DNA from: Neoechinorhynchus agilis
Taxonomy: Eukaryota; Animalia; Acanthocephala
Assembly (NCBI GenBank): GCA_051530055.1
Contig: CM121342.1
Location: 15,515,480 to 15,579,479, forward strand
Direction of reading: 5' to 3'
Length of the DNA: 64,000 nt
Shown here: piece after piece, positions 1-13,399 of the stretch
Layout: the number at the start of each line of letters is the position of its first letter
Position numbering within the stretch: the first letter of the stretch is position 1
Notes under the pieces: model-generated
Databases searched by the model: none
What the model was told of the DNA's origin: nothing
The model's input: only the letters and a program-made list of their open reading frames with translations
Program-made: the position numbers and the translations under genes

Positions 1-1435
1 GTTCGCCTCGAGATCAAATCGATGTGATTGTACAACCGATGCCGGCAATCACGATTCGCTCACGAACTAACAAACTTGATCTGTTCGTTTACGCCGGTGG
101 AAATCCGTCCGATGTAGTCTACCAGCACCAGAAGGTGATGGGTTCACCCTCACTTGTTCCTTACTGGTCCTTGGGTCTTCATACCAGAATAAATGACCTC
201 AGTGATCTTAAAAGTCTATCTGGTCGTCTAGACACCGTCATCGTTGACGCCAATGCGTTCAATGTTCGATCCAATGACGACCTGGAGAACATTGCGGATA
301 AGAAGGTCGCGCTTGTCGACGCCAGATTGAGAAGCTCAGTACCCGAACAGTTCGATGGATATGGTCTACTGAACATGGGAGTTCAACGGCAAAGAAGTGA
401 TCTGGACAGTTCGTTCTTGCTCTCTGACTCGGTCCGAGATTCCCGCGGCGGAGTGTATTTGAACACGAGACGCAGTGGTGAAGAAGATGACGTTTATTTG
501 TCGGTTGTAGAAGTAATCAATAATAATTTGATGGGTATGCCTTTATGTACAAACATTCCTTTTACGGTCCAGGAATTCTTCGCATAAAAGAATGATTTGT
601 AGTATCCGGCATTCTAATGGACACCACTCGAAATGCGGATCTACACGAACGCTGGATGCATTTGTCCGCTTATCTTCCTCTAATGATGACCGACTTTTCA
701 AGTGCCCAATCGTCCGTGATCAACAAAGTGACCTCTAAACGATACGAGATGGCTCCTCAACTTTACGGAGCTGTACGAAAGGCCGCTTTACACCATACAC
801 CCATCGTTCAACCGCTCTTCTTCCACTACCCGAAGGATCGAATCGCATCCTGGATCGACACTCAATTTATATTGGACAATACGGTAATGGTTGTTCCGAT
901 TCTTCAGCCGAATGCGAAATCCGTCGCGGTCTACATTCCGGACGAGACATGGACTCCAATGTTCAACTACAAACATAACGAGGATTCGAAATGGCAAAGC
1001 GTTCAGCTCTCTGATCCGCATTCCCCACTTGTTCTTCTTAAGCAAGGCAATGTATTCTTTAGACATATTGTAGATTCAACAAAGACTCTTCTTGGAAATC
1101 GGCAAAGTCCATTTAAACTCGTAATTGTTCCTGATGACAAAGGAGCCGCTCACGGGCAACTTTACTGGGCCAACGAAAACGAAACAGAGTCCACACTGGT
1201 CAACGTCGTTGTTATCGATGGAAAGAAGGTGATTGTTTCAGCGGACACAGACGGATTAGAAGAAACATTGCTCGTCCAGCAGATTGAGATCTTTTCAAAT
1301 AAGCCGGAACCGAAGCTTAAACACGTCACAGTTAATTCGAATGATGCTCAGTTTGAGGAAATGGAGAACAAAATCGTTGTTAACTGCCAACTTAATATGA
1401 ACGATGTGAACGGCAACGTCCTGTTGCTCGCTTAA
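1..1435 (+). CDS. GH31 alpha-glucosidase-like gene, copy 1 (5' end outside window; intron 547-602)
   Basis: ORFs 24-587 and 617-1435 join through a GT-AG intron 547-602 (56 nt, frame restored). GH31-like segments VPYWSLGLH, NLMGMPL, ERWMHLSAYLPLM, PIVQPLFFHYPKD, WIDTQFILDNTVMVVPILQP. Near-identical to 10933-12367. Confidence 0.85.
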
Positions 1436-1706
1436 TTTCGATTTATGTCTTAATAGACCCGAATTTTTGTGTTTTTCCTTGAGATCGTATTTTCTGATTT
1501 CTGAATTTACCACTGAAGTCGGAATGTAACAATTTTGATGAGAAATGGTACTATTCCCCTCACAGTAGACTCCGTAGAAAACGAATTTTTAAGGTTTTCT
1601 ATGGCACGCATTCTATAAGTCGTTTCGTGAGTCCTCCATGCGTAAAAAACAGTAGTGTATATTGTGCGCTTGCCGTTATTCTGCGCCGTCATAATTTCAA
1701 TCGACT

Positions 1707-2408
1707 ATGAATCCTAACTGCGATAATGCTCTTAGAGAAATCTACAAATTCTTGAACGCATGTAGTCCGCCATCAGATTCCCGATGTTCAAATACGAGTG
1801 TAATAGAAGATAACAAAATCTGCTACATTCGCTCTCTTTCTTTTCCCAATATTATTCTGGGCGATTTGAATGTTGGTCGTATTCTGCCGGCCAATTTAGA
1901 CCCAAGCAGCCAAACGTACGTGAAAACGTTCAGAGATGGCGATCTGGGTTCTATCAGAGACTTTCTACTGTCAACTCGTTTGATGGCAGTTCGCAATATA
2001 CTGATCCATTGCGGAATATGCGACCTTTTAGGAAGTGGTGTTCCTGCTTCTACAGTCGCACAGCACATGATCGCTATTATCGGAATCATTAGAACTCTGG
2101 CACCTTTAGCCACCATCTACATCTCAAGTCAATTGGCCTGGATCTGTGGACCGGATAATACGTGGAACCGGTGTGCAACAAACGAATTGAACCGTCGATA
2201 CGCACTCATTTGCACTCAAATTCACGGGTGTCGCATTATTGAGCACCCCCAGCTTAGACGACGTGCATCATTTAAATACGGTCGATTCGTAGCCGAGGGT
2301 TCAGCACTCGACCATCTTGTCTCAAACTTTCGCAAAGCTTTTGGAATATTTCAGTTCTATTCTGAAGTCAACAAATGCCCTGCGCCTTTGGACGAACGCG
2401 ATAATTAA
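1707..2408 (+). CDS. SGNH/GDSL esterase-fold protein, resembles the esterase domain of CR1/L2 LINE ORF1; catalytic residues degenerate
   Basis: 233-aa ORF with block-like motifs IILGDLNV (GDS block), ILIHCGICDL (HxGxND block) and a C-terminal region resembling the DGxH block. Recognised by eye only. Confidence 0.5.
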   Translation: MNPNCDNALREIYKFLNACSPPSDSRCSNTSVIEDNKICYIRSLSFPNIILGDLNVGRILPANLDPSSQTYVKTFRDGDLGSIRDFLLSTRLMAVRNILIHCGICDLLGSGVPASTVAQHMIAIIGIIRTLAPLATIYISSQLAWICGPDNTWNRCATNELNRRYALICTQIHGCRIIEHPQLRRRASFKYGRFVAEGSALDHLVSNFRKAFGIFQFYSEVNKCPAPLDERDN

Positions 2409-3158
2409 GTTAAGTCGAAATCAATGGATGAAACCAAGCTTGGTAGCAAACCTAAGACCGGTATGAGTTTAACATCCATTTTCTTATAAAACGTTATTTC
2501 ATCAAAAAAGATTCGATTAAAAGTCGTACGAGGGCAATTCTTTAAAGCTGAATATTCGGGTTCTTAGCTTAAAGAAAGTCAACCATGACTACCAAATTAC
2601 CAAATGAATAACACGCTCTGGGTGTTTTCTTGTACTAGGCCAGAAATACGGATAAACCCGTCTTTAAATGCCTTTAAAATACTGAAATACACATTTATCT
2701 TCAATCTCTTGTCTATGTCGAACCGGCGTTTGGTTTTATCAGGTGCATAAATTAGTTTTCAATTAACAAAATTTCATGCGTTTTTAGCTCGGTCCAAACA
2801 TCGGTGGCTGGTGAATTCTCATTGGATTATTTATCTAAAGTCAATCACAATTCGTTATTTTCTTTTACAACCCATACACGAAGATAGTCTTTCAGGTAGT
2901 TACTCAGAAATATGCACTCAAATTATAAAAAAATGAAAATTTGTCAGTAGTAAAGAATTATGCGCCATATGAGCAATGCTTTAGGTAAGAATGTATAACC
3001 ATAATCTACATTTTGTGAAATAGGAAAAATTCGTTTCATTTCTCGTTTTTTTGCGTACTATAAAAATTGGTGTACCACGAGAAAGTAAAAATAAAATTTA
3101 ATCTTCCTGTACCGAAACGAACGGAGGCGCACTATATTGTTCCGAACAAGGATCTTCG

Positions 3159-3395
3159 TGTCGATATGTGAGGTACCGGGGAATGTGATTGGAATTATTG
3201 TTTAGGCTTACACCCGTTAATGATTATTTATTAAGGACGTTTCGAACCTCGTCGGGCTCATCATCACTTTGTTTGTAGGGTTTTTTTTCATTCGCTGTTG
3301 AAAAAACTTACAAACAAACTGATGATGAACCCGACGAGGTTGGAAACGTCTTTAATAAATAATCATTTACCGGGTGTAGACCTAAACAATAATTC
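3159..3395. mobile_element. Palindromic non-autonomous Penelope-like element, family A copy 1
   Basis: About 90-bp inverted arms (3189-3280 and 3308-3398) plus a 30-bp asymmetric left tail shared with copy 2. Flanked by the 12-bp direct repeat CAAGGATCTTCG (3147-3158 and 3396-3407). Confidence 0.8.
3316..3353 (+). ncRNA. Minimal type I hammerhead ribozyme motif (Penelope-type)
   Basis: AAA CUGAUGA U GAACC cgacga GGUUG GAAAC GUC UUU followed by AATAAA. One stem II mismatch in this copy. Mirror copy on the minus strand in the left arm. Confidence 0.65.
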
Positions 3396-4604
3396 CAAGG
3401 ATCTTCGCACATATTCGCAATCTCTGAAAATCTTTCTAATGTGACTCATAACGAAATTAGTTAGACATTTAAACAACTTTTCAGTCGCGAAACAGTTATC
3501 GGCTATTAAGTTAAAAGTTGAGTGTTTAAAAAACACCGTAGAAGTCTATCGCGACTTTAAACGTTAAACTATCAATGAATTAACGGAAAAGTATAGGTCA
3601 TCTTAAAAGCTGCCAATAAATATCGAAAATCTAAGTCCGCCTGTTTCAGTAGTTTCACAAGCCCGGATTTAAATTCAGTAATTTATTTCCGATATTTTGT
3701 CCGATAATTCCGACATTTCCTTAATAGTGTAATATCGGAAATAAGTTAATGAATTTAAATCCGGGTTGGCAAAACTTCCAAAGAAAGTATCCTTCCGCTG
3801 AAGACAATAATCTAAAATGAGTAAGTTATTGTATACGAAACGCTTCTCTGTAAAAAAAATTAACAAGCTCAACTCGTGGTTTACGAACGATTCGAATAGA
3901 CTGCAACAGGCGAAACAAACATAAACCGATTTTATGAAATAGCCATCGAAATAACATTCGCAATTATTACGAGGATCGCCGGACGAAAGCGTTGTCTTGG
4001 TAATTGAATAACATTTATGTCAACTGACACTAGACATGAGGTTCATTGAAAAAACATAGGTTAATGAAGATTAAAAAGACACTACAAAAAAGTTGCCTTT
4101 TCCGGGTAGGAAGGCATTTGCGATGGATTCGGAGTTTGAGAGAGATCTACACAAATTTGCCTTTTTCTAAGCGCGATTCGAAAATCGAATTCATAAGCAA
4201 AAATAAACAAAGGAAATGTAAGAGAAAAGCGGTCAGTTGAGATGCTTATTCTGTGTCACGATTAGTATTACAAGTTGGAATTCAGACAAATGCAGATTAT
4301 GAATATCCTAGCCTATGGTTTGAAGATCGGTTCTCTGAGAACGTTAGATCCAGAGCGATTATTGAATTATTGGAAACCAAACCACCAGCAGGTCGATACT
4401 CATTGATGGACAAGTATGCAATTATTATCGGAGAAGAAGACTTTGGATCTCAGATTACAGACGGTAAATTTTACCTATCATAAAATGATTATGTATCAAT
4501 CAACTTACATACAGTTTCATCGATCGATTCGTCGGATCAGTCGAGAATCGGTAATACGAGCACATTCTTCTTAAAGTGTAATTATTAAGACCTTAAGCCA
4601 ATAA

Positions 4605-5066
4605 TCAAAATCCCTTTTGTTTCAGAAATTCAAAAATCAAATCGTGGTGATAATTTCCCCTTATGACTAGGCATCGTCGTATCTCATCCACTTGAATTTC
4701 ATTTGTTTCGTTTAACGCAGCGTCCAAGAATGTTTTAAGGTCGTCCCTCATTCTCCAAACATCTCCTTCGATTTTCCTTATTCGGACACACGGGACGTGT
4801 TCGTCGATTGTGGAGTAGTCGTAGATGGGCATTTGATGAAACCGGGTTCTCCTCACCAAATACGGACACTGGTCACTCAGATGGGTCTTTTCGGGAGGAA
4901 ACCAGCCTGACGGTGTAGGGTATTGGGAATGCTGAGGGGGGTCGGGAACCAACTCGTTTGGAATAACCCGTTCAACGTACTTCCAGTAATCGCTAGATAC
5001 CGTGTGGTACCTACGAAGTGAACCAAATTGGCCCATTGCTCTAGACAACGGTCTGAGAATTATCAT
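4605..5066 (-). CDS. MRPL49: Mitochondrial ribosomal protein mL49
   Basis: YPTPSGWFPP, PYLVRRTRFHQMPIY and RIRKIEGDVW motifs typical of mL49/Img2. A short upstream exon is possible (acceptor ttttacag near 5090). Confidence 0.9.
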   Translation of the reverse strand: MIILRPLSRAMGQFGSLRRYHTVSSDYWKYVERVIPNELVPDPPQHSQYPTPSGWFPPEKTHLSDQCPYLVRRTRFHQMPIYDYSTIDEHVPCVRIRKIEGDVWRMRDDLKTFLDAALNETNEIQVDEIRRCLVIRGNYHHDLIFEFLKQKGF

Positions 5067-6468
5067 CTTCTTTCCTAGGTATCTGTAAAACGAAAATCGA
5101 AGACATTAATCGTGAACCATTAATAAAGCGACTTGGAACTGTGACGCTGAGTAAAGGTTAGAACCGCTGATCCGCTTAAAACAAATTACATCCACTATTT
5201 TAAGATCTACTGAGGCGTTCGAGAACTGTGATTGGTGATCGATGCTTTTGTAGGGTTTTTAAGAGAACAAAGATCATTGAACGACTCCCGTATTCGATTT
5301 TTATTGAGTAAAAGGTTCTTTGACCATTTGAGAGAGAAAGTTTGACCCCTAAAAAGTATCAACAAAGTTCAAGAAAGACATTGATATCAAAAGATTGTTT
5401 CCTATACCTGTCTTTCATGCCTCTTCGTCAGGTTGAATAATGCTTTTCTATATTGTGGTTGAAATTTAACCGAGCAGCAATTTAAACGTTTACTCAATGT
5501 TGGAATTGGACGAACAACGTAGGTATTTTAAAAGACGATGGCTTTCCTTAGATTATTTGACGATGTTTGAAGATTGAATTATTCGTTATTTTTGTGCCTC
5601 TGAAATATCGAATTCAATAAATTTCTTCAATTTTTCGCCATTTAAAACACAAATATTATTTAGGTACTCGAAACCTTGGTCCACACGAGATTTATCTGAA
5701 AATCCTATTGAATTTAGACAAAACTAAATCTAATTTTAAGGTCTTCGGTTTTACAGGTCTCTTAAACCCCTTTTTTTGATATCCTCATGTCTCGTAATAA
5801 TCCTCATCCTATGATCAATGGTAATTGTCCGACTAAGCTTCGCATACTCGGCAAATACCTTCAATGTAAACCTATACCCTGAAATGGACATCAATCAAAT
5901 GAAGAAATTCTTAACACTAGTCAAATCCAAGGTTTTTGGCCTGGTAATAGGCTCGTTTTTATTCTTTCTATTTGGAAAACTTGGGATATTTTTAGCTTCT
6001 CTTTTTTATTCCATTCAAAGATGCATTCGTCAAGCATATAAACTACCTGGACTGGTGAACTTGGGAAGTCTTGCCTACAAAGGATTAGGAAGTGGATTAA
6101 TTATTTATCTCCTTTAGAATTAAAGATGCCACACAAAGATCAAGTAATGATGTATCATGTTGTGAACTTCCTATGTTGAATAAATCATCTAAATAAATAT
6201 CCAAAAATCACTTATGTTGCGTATTTTAAAGGTGTTAAAAGTGCACAATATACTGGTTGCTTTCATCTGTCGAAAAGGTTGGATATTGTTCAAATAGCGA
6301 TTTTTTAAAAACAAATATCATGATTTGATGGTTGCGTTTACGATAGTACGTACGTTTTCGTAAAAATACAATCGCTGTGATTTTAATCAATCGAATTCAC
6401 AAATCATGTTCGACAAAAAGTTCACTTAAAAAACACTCACACGCACACTCACGTCGTTTTTGTACAAC

Positions 6469-8180
6469 TCAACCGGCAGCACTCAATGTGATTGCAACCG
6501 ATGCCATGGTAAGAAGAGAGGATCGAAAATTGGCACCGGCATAGGACACGACGCTGACATTTGTCCGATTGTACTTGGCATCCTCATAGCTATTGCAAAT
6601 GTGGTCACAGTTGATGGATCGGCAATGTTCCATGTATATAGAATGTTCAGTTGCGCACAGGGGGACGATTGGATCTTGTTTTCGTCTTTTCTGTTCCTGC
6701 TGTGAAAAATTGTAGCTCTGACAGGCACTACCAGTGAATCTGACTTTGAATGGATGGAAATGAGTGAGCCTGAAATAGTCACAGTTACATTTGAGTTGAC
6801 TATTGCTGAGGTCGACGGAATACGCTTCTTTTAGTTGAAAGAAGGTACACGTTCTGAGGTGGCGAAGAGGATTATCGCCTAGTTTGACGCTCCGTATGAA
6901 AGGAGACGATCGATGGAAAACGCAATCGTTAAGTTCCGACACATTGTTTGACATTAGCTGAAGAGATTCCAGGGATTTGAGATTATGAAAATGACATGGA
7001 TGCAGTTCTCGAAGTTGATTAACGTTGATTGTCAGATTGCGAAGATTGTACAGATCTCTGGAGCTATCAAAATCCAACTCACTGATGTTGTTGTGATCCA
7101 GGTCTAAGTAGACAAGTTTAACGAGTCCGCTCCATATGGATCCATTGCAGAGATCATTGAGTTGGTTTGAATGAAGATGTAGAAACCTAAGATTGGTTAA
7201 ATAGGCAAACACAAAAGGTGGTAGTGCCGTCAGGCGATTGTACGATATATCGAGGGTTTCAAGGATGGCCGCACCCACGTAGGAATCGGGATGTCGTTCG
7301 AACGCATGAGAGTCTATAAAGCGCAGTTCATTATGACTCAAATCCAAATATGTAAGACTTTGTACATAACCGAAGGAAAAGGAAGGTAATTTTCTTATGA
7401 GATTGTAGGACAGGTCAAGTTTCCTTAGTTTAGATGCATTGACTAACGACCGAACCGGTAGACTCTTAATTTGGTTATGAGAAAGGTCGAGCTCAGCTAC
7501 ACGAGTTGAACTGAGGGAAAGACTGAATTTAACAAGTTTTGTTTTAGATTCGCACTCGAACACTTTCGTTTGACTTAGAGTACAGACAAAGTGAAGAATG
7601 AAGTTCTTATCTTCAGACCAGTCTGAACTTTTAATGAATGGGTTGCGATGCTGTGCCCTCCAATGACAAAAATTCGTCCGCGGATAATGAGTTTGTTGAT
7701 CAATCGTAGGGACTTTTGGACTAGCAATCCGTCTGGTACAGATTGGATTGCATTGCAGGACAGGTCTAAGCGGAACTGATATGAGTGCGTTTCGGCGATG
7801 GAAGGCCAAGTTAGCCCAGGAATTTGTTTTAGGTTGAGATTAACGCATTCGATAGACAATTCGCGGTCACTGAATTCGCTATACTGTGTATCGAAGCTCG
7901 TTCGTTGGTCACATGAACACTTGCGATGCTTCGTTTGATGTGATGGGCAGCGAGAAAAGTAATTTTTTGTTCGATTGAGAAGGTGAGAATAGATTCTGTG
8001 TCGACCGAATTGCCGGTGACCCGCCAGGGGTGCCGCAGATGATGAGAACATGTTGACAGCTGAAGATTGATGGATTGTTTGCAGCGATGTGGAGTGCGTT
8101 AGTGTCGGAGCGTTTGTTTTGGATATTAGTAGCGTTAGTAGCAGGAACAGTGTTGTAAGGCTACTATGTTCATATCGCAT
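6469..8180 (-). CDS. Secreted or membrane leucine-rich repeat protein; one frame change near 7500-7650 implies an intron
   Basis: Signal peptide and Cys-rich LRR-NT in ORF 7575-8180. About 10 LxxLxLxxNxL repeats, an LRR-CT (CNCDY...C) and a hydrophobic C-terminus in ORF 6469-7809. Confidence 0.85.
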
Positions 8181-10196
8181 ATTTCATGGGCTCCATGGAG
8201 CCTCCTGCTGAATAAAAGACTTCCATGAGAGGTAAAAGCAGTTTTGGTGCCAATGCACGATCTTTCCCGTGGCAGTCTCGGTGATCATATCTCTATGTTC
8301 AGGTTAGCGCCGATGAGTTAGCGGGTAGTGATAACTTAATGCTCTGTGTTTGATGAAGAAAAAAGATCGAGATATTCAATAAAACGGGTGACTGAAAATC
8401 CAGGGAAGGATCCGAGACAGAAGCTGACAATAACGCTAAGTTCTGAGCGATACAACTAAAGAAGATTCAACGCTTTTGGCTGCCGGGAACGTATAGGATT
8501 TATAACAATCTCTTCCCGGTACATTGATAGATCAAAATTTTGATTGTTCTTTTATGGTGAGTTCTACGACGGAGCGTGATGAATAGAAAATCGGTAATGC
8601 CAAAACTATGAGTAATGGAGCGGAAACCCAAATTTGTGGCGCCCTTTTGTGAAATCAACGACGGCGCAAAAAGCTTTGTTGGTTTCCGAAATTTCCTTTT
8701 ACTTTGAAAGACAAGCAAGGATGTTTCCAACCAGCACCACAATCATCCGAAAGTGGCATAGAACGCGACAAAGTCTAGAAATGTTTCACAATTGTGATGG
8801 CTTTCGAGCGAACGACTGCAAGCGTGCAAATGCAGCCAGTAATGCGTGTGTAAGGCGAAATTGGTGCCGTAGAAAATAAACGAGAATGATGGAACAGAAC
8901 AAATAGATCATTTGTGTAGTGCAATTCAATTTCCATTAGAAAACATCAATTTAGACATATATACAATTAAATTTCAAGTCAACTCGCTTTAATAATCGAC
9001 ATGCTCACACCAAGAAGACGCCAGAACGGACCGAAACGTTCAATAAAGTGGCAAATTCAAAAAATAAGAGCCGCATTTGTGAAAATATGCCAGCGATTTT
9101 TACCAAGCCATTGAAGATGGAGACCCCTTGTTGAATTATTGCTTAACGCAAAATTCATCTTATAATCAACATCTCACATGTTCTCTTTTTTGTGTACTTC
9201 AGGAAAGGAAATTAATCATGGTTCTCAAAAATGATGGATGGTGTAGAATCATGGGCTTTAAATAACTTAAAGCGTAGGACACAATGCATCCGCGAATTCA
9301 AGAACATTTTTAAACTTGAACTAATGCAATAACATAACAAACGGAAGCCATCGCGATTTATACGTAGCTGTGGATTAAAAGCCTACAGGTTTTAGGCCAC
9401 TTTTAAACTCCAAATGTATTCCTTATTTCAATGATTGTGCGGTAGTTTTGGAAAATATCCACAAGTCTTCAAAGAGAGTTTAGAACAATTGTAAAACTTA
9501 TGGGCTCAATTTTAAGTAAAGTGATAGATTGTATTTATTTCATTGGTTACACTAAACAATCTTCATGGCCGCAGAGAGTAGTCACTACAATCCCCAGATC
9601 AAGATTTCAATTGATTGACTTACGCTTTACTGTCGTACATGAAAATACAACCGTGATTGATCATTTGCGTCATTCAAACTGAATATCTAAACGAATTTAA
9701 AGAATCATCGGCAAGGAAACGCAACACAAATTTCTCTAGGGCCAAATATATTTTCACTCGATCAAATCTCAAGTGGGATGAAGAATTTCAATGTTCTGGT
9801 AACCGGTACTATTGAATCACAAGCAACCAAAATCATCCAACCGTAATCTTAAGACATTTCACGTGAACTTAATTCGAATAGAAAATCTAAAGTATTCAGG
9901 AAAATATACTGAAATAACCGAAAAACGCCTACCTCCGCATTATTCCATCGCAACCAGCATAACATCGATGTGTTCAATTGCTCATCCTAAATGACTAATT
10001 TTGCAACCATAGAACACTGTCGACAAAATCTCACCAGGTTGTCTGGTTCACTTCATCAAGAGAGCGGAGTCACGAGCAAAGCTCTTTCGCTCAAACGAAA
10101 AAGTAGTCTTACTCACCTTGACGGAAGCTTTTAAGCTCATCGAAATGCTCATATTTGTCTTCTGTCAACTCGCTCGTTCAACGCATCCTTTTGGGC

Positions 10197-12367
10197 ATGG
10201 TATCCTTAGGATTTGCTCTTCTTTCCATCGTCCTTGCAACAATCCCTCAAACTCTAACCGAATTGTGCACTGTGCCACACGATGAACACCGGCTAGATTG
10301 TTACGCCGGAAATAAATCCGCAACAAAAGATTTGTGTATGGCGAGAGGTTGCTGTTGGAGAACCAATTTAGCCGAGGAGAATACTAATGTACCTCGATGC
10401 TTCTATCCAAAAGGATTTTCGGCCTATCAACTCTCCCATGCATTGCGTACGGAATTCGGGTGGCGATTTGTGGCACAAAAAGAGAAGACTTCATTTTTGA
10501 AATCGGATTCTCTTAAAATCATGGCTGATCTTACGTTCTACGAAGGATCAATCGCTCGTTTGACAGTGAGCGAATACTCTACTGACACAAATAATGTTAA
10601 GGATCTTGGTTTAAAAAAGACATTTGACAACAACGACTTTGAATTGAAGTTTGAACGAAACCCGTTCAATCTAAAACTAATCAATCGGCACACAAAGCAA
10701 ATTGTTCTTGACACCACTGTTGGACCGTTGCTTATTGCAGATAACCACGTCGAATTAACTACAAAATTATCTAGGAAATTCCTATACGGAATCGGCCAAC
10801 GGTCTGTTTCGTTAAAGAAAACGGCGAGCTGGGAAACTATTAGAATGGACGAGAATAAACGAGATGGCGGATCGCTCCCTTTCGTCATGTTTCCCGATAA
10901 ATACGGGCACTTCTCCGGTATCTTCGTAAAGAGTTCGCCTCGAGATCAAATCGATGTGATTGTACAACCGATGCCGGCAATCACGATTCGCTCACGAACT
11001 AACAAACTTGATCTGTTCGTTTACGCCGGTGGAAATCCGTCCGATGTAGTCTACCAGCACCAGAAGGTGATGGGTTCACCCTCACTTGTTCCTTACTGGT
11101 CCTTGGGTCTTCATACCAGAATAAATGACCTCAGTGATCTTAAAAGTCTATCTGGTCGTCTAGACACCGTCATCGTTGACGCCAATGCGTTCAATGTTCG
11201 ATCCAATGACGACCTGGAGAACATTGCGGATAAGAAGGTCGCGCTTGTCGACGCCAGATTGAGAAGCTCAGTACCCGAACAGTTCGATGGATATGGTCTA
11301 CTGAACATGGGAGTTCAACGGCAAAGAAGTGATCTGGACAGTTCGTTCTTGCTCTCTGACTCGGTCCGAGATTCCCGCGGCGGAGTGTATTTGAACACGA
11401 GACGCAGTGGTGAAGAAGATGACGTTTATTTGTCGGTTGTAGAAGTAATCAATAATAATTTGATGGGTATGCCTTTATGTACAAACATTCCTTTTACGGT
11501 CCAGGAATTCTTCGCATAAAAGAATGATTTGTAGTATCCGGCATTCTAATGGACACCACTCGAAATGCGGATCTACACGAACGCTGGATGCATTTGTCCG
11601 CTTATCTTCCTCTAATGATGACCGACTTTTCAAGTGCCCAATCGTCCGTGATCAACAAAGTGACCTCTAAACGATACGAGATGGCTCCTCAACTTTACGG
11701 AGCTGTACGAAAGGCCGCTTTACACCATACACCCATCGTTCAACCGCTCTTCTTCCACTACCCGAAGGATCGAATCGCATCCTGGATCGACACTCAATTT
11801 ATATTGGACAATACGGTAATGGTTGTTCCGATTCTTCAGCCGAATGCGAAATCCGTCGCGGTCTACATTCCGGACGAGACATGGACTCCAATGTTCAACT
11901 ACAAACATAACGAGGATTCGAAATGGCAAAGCGTTCAGCTCTCTGATCCGCATTCCCCACTTGTTCTTCTTAAGCAAGGCAATGTATTCTTTAGACATAT
12001 TGTAGATTCAACAAAGACTTTTCTTGGAAATCGGCAAAGTCCATTTAAACTCGTAATTGTTCCTGATGACAAAGGAGCCGCTCACGGGCAACTTTACTGG
12101 GCCAACGAAAACGAAACAGAGTCCACACTGGTCAACGTCGTTGTTATCGATGGAAAGAAGGTGATTGTTTCAGCGGACACAGACGGATTAGAAGAAACAT
12201 TGCTCGTCCAGCAGATTGAGATCTTTTCAAATAAGCCGGAACCGAAGCTTAAACACGTCACAGTTAATTCGAATGATGCTCAGTTTGAGGAAATGGAGAA
12301 CAAAATCGTTGTTAACTGCCAACTTAATATGAACGATGTGAACGGCAACGTCCTGTTGCTCGCTTAA
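10197..12367 (+). CDS. Trefoil (P-type) domain plus GH31 alpha-glucosidase-like protein, copy 2 (intron 11479-11534)
   Basis: ATG 10197 starts a signal peptide (MVSLGFALLSIVLA). Trefoil CTVP...RLDC...C..RGCCW...PRCFYP, then GH31 N-terminal, barrel and C-terminal segments. Catalytic WiDMNE and GDN motifs are not recognisable. Confidence 0.85.
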
Positions 12368-12902
12368 TTTCGATTTATGTCTTAATAGACCCGATTTTTT
12401 GTGTTTTTCCTTGAGATCTTATTTTTTGATTTCTGTGTTTCGCGTGTTTATTGATTACAACGAAAATGCAGAAGGGCGACCACATCCATTCTCGCTTTTA
12501 AGAAAGATCACGCTTTAATCGAGTACGAATTTTAAGAAAAAGGATCAAAGTGAAGAAATTACAACCGCAAAGGTTGCATTTTGAAATACGCACAGGAGCA
12601 TTCCTCTTGCAAAACATAAGTCTGGCTGTGCAACGGGGGAACGCTGCATCTCTATTTTCGACCATTACAACAGAACGGCAGCTGAGTTATCAAGAGCGGT
12701 GGCACGAATGCTTGTAAGGTATAAATTGCAAAAAACTGTGAACGCCAGTGAATTTCTTTTTAATGAGCATTTGTGCGCCAAAACGTTTAGTTGACCATTT
12801 GTTCTTTCATAGGAAAATTTCTAGACGCTATTGCGGTTTGTGGAGAATGTACAGTTCATACCTTACAAGCGTTCCTGCAAACAATATCCGCCAATTCCCA
12901 AA

Positions 12903-13010
12903 CGAACGGACATCCCCTACCGGATTTTTCCACCCGAACGAACATCCCCGACCGGAAATTCCCACTCGAACGGACATCCCCAGACCGGACATTCTAAACC
13001 CGAACGGACA
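12903..13010. repeat. About 32-bp GC-rich tandem repeat, about 3.3 copies
   Basis: CGAACGGACATCCCCGACCGGAAATTCCCAC-like units start at 12903, 12935, 12967 and 13001. Confidence 0.8.
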
Positions 13011-13399
13011 AAAAAAAACAGAATATCTGCGTGTTTATGAGGATCCAACGGTACATGGGTCTAATTTCTAAAACACAAAAATCAATAAAACGTATTATTA
13101 TAGTATATTATATTATAAAAGGGGCGATTTAGCGAAAATTTTAGTTCGGAAAATTGCCAGGTCTAGATATTTTAGTGGACCGAGTTTCAATAGGTTTTTC
13201 TTAGTAGAAAAGCAGTCGTAATTTTATTGAAGTACTATAATGGCAAGTGTAAAACATGGAATTCCGCGATTTGCAGCTATTATTTTAATTTGATTCCATG
13301 CGTCAAAACTGGAGTAAGCGAGGGAAAAAAGATAGTTTTGCCGACTCCAATCACTGAAAGGCGGAGCAAAAGTGAATTTTGTTAAAAACTCATCTATGA

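Noticed and set aside
5818-6117. Hydrophobic 99-aa ORF (and 4253-4483) as genes
   Set aside because: No recognisable family and plausible by chance in AT-rich DNA, so there is not enough support to list them.
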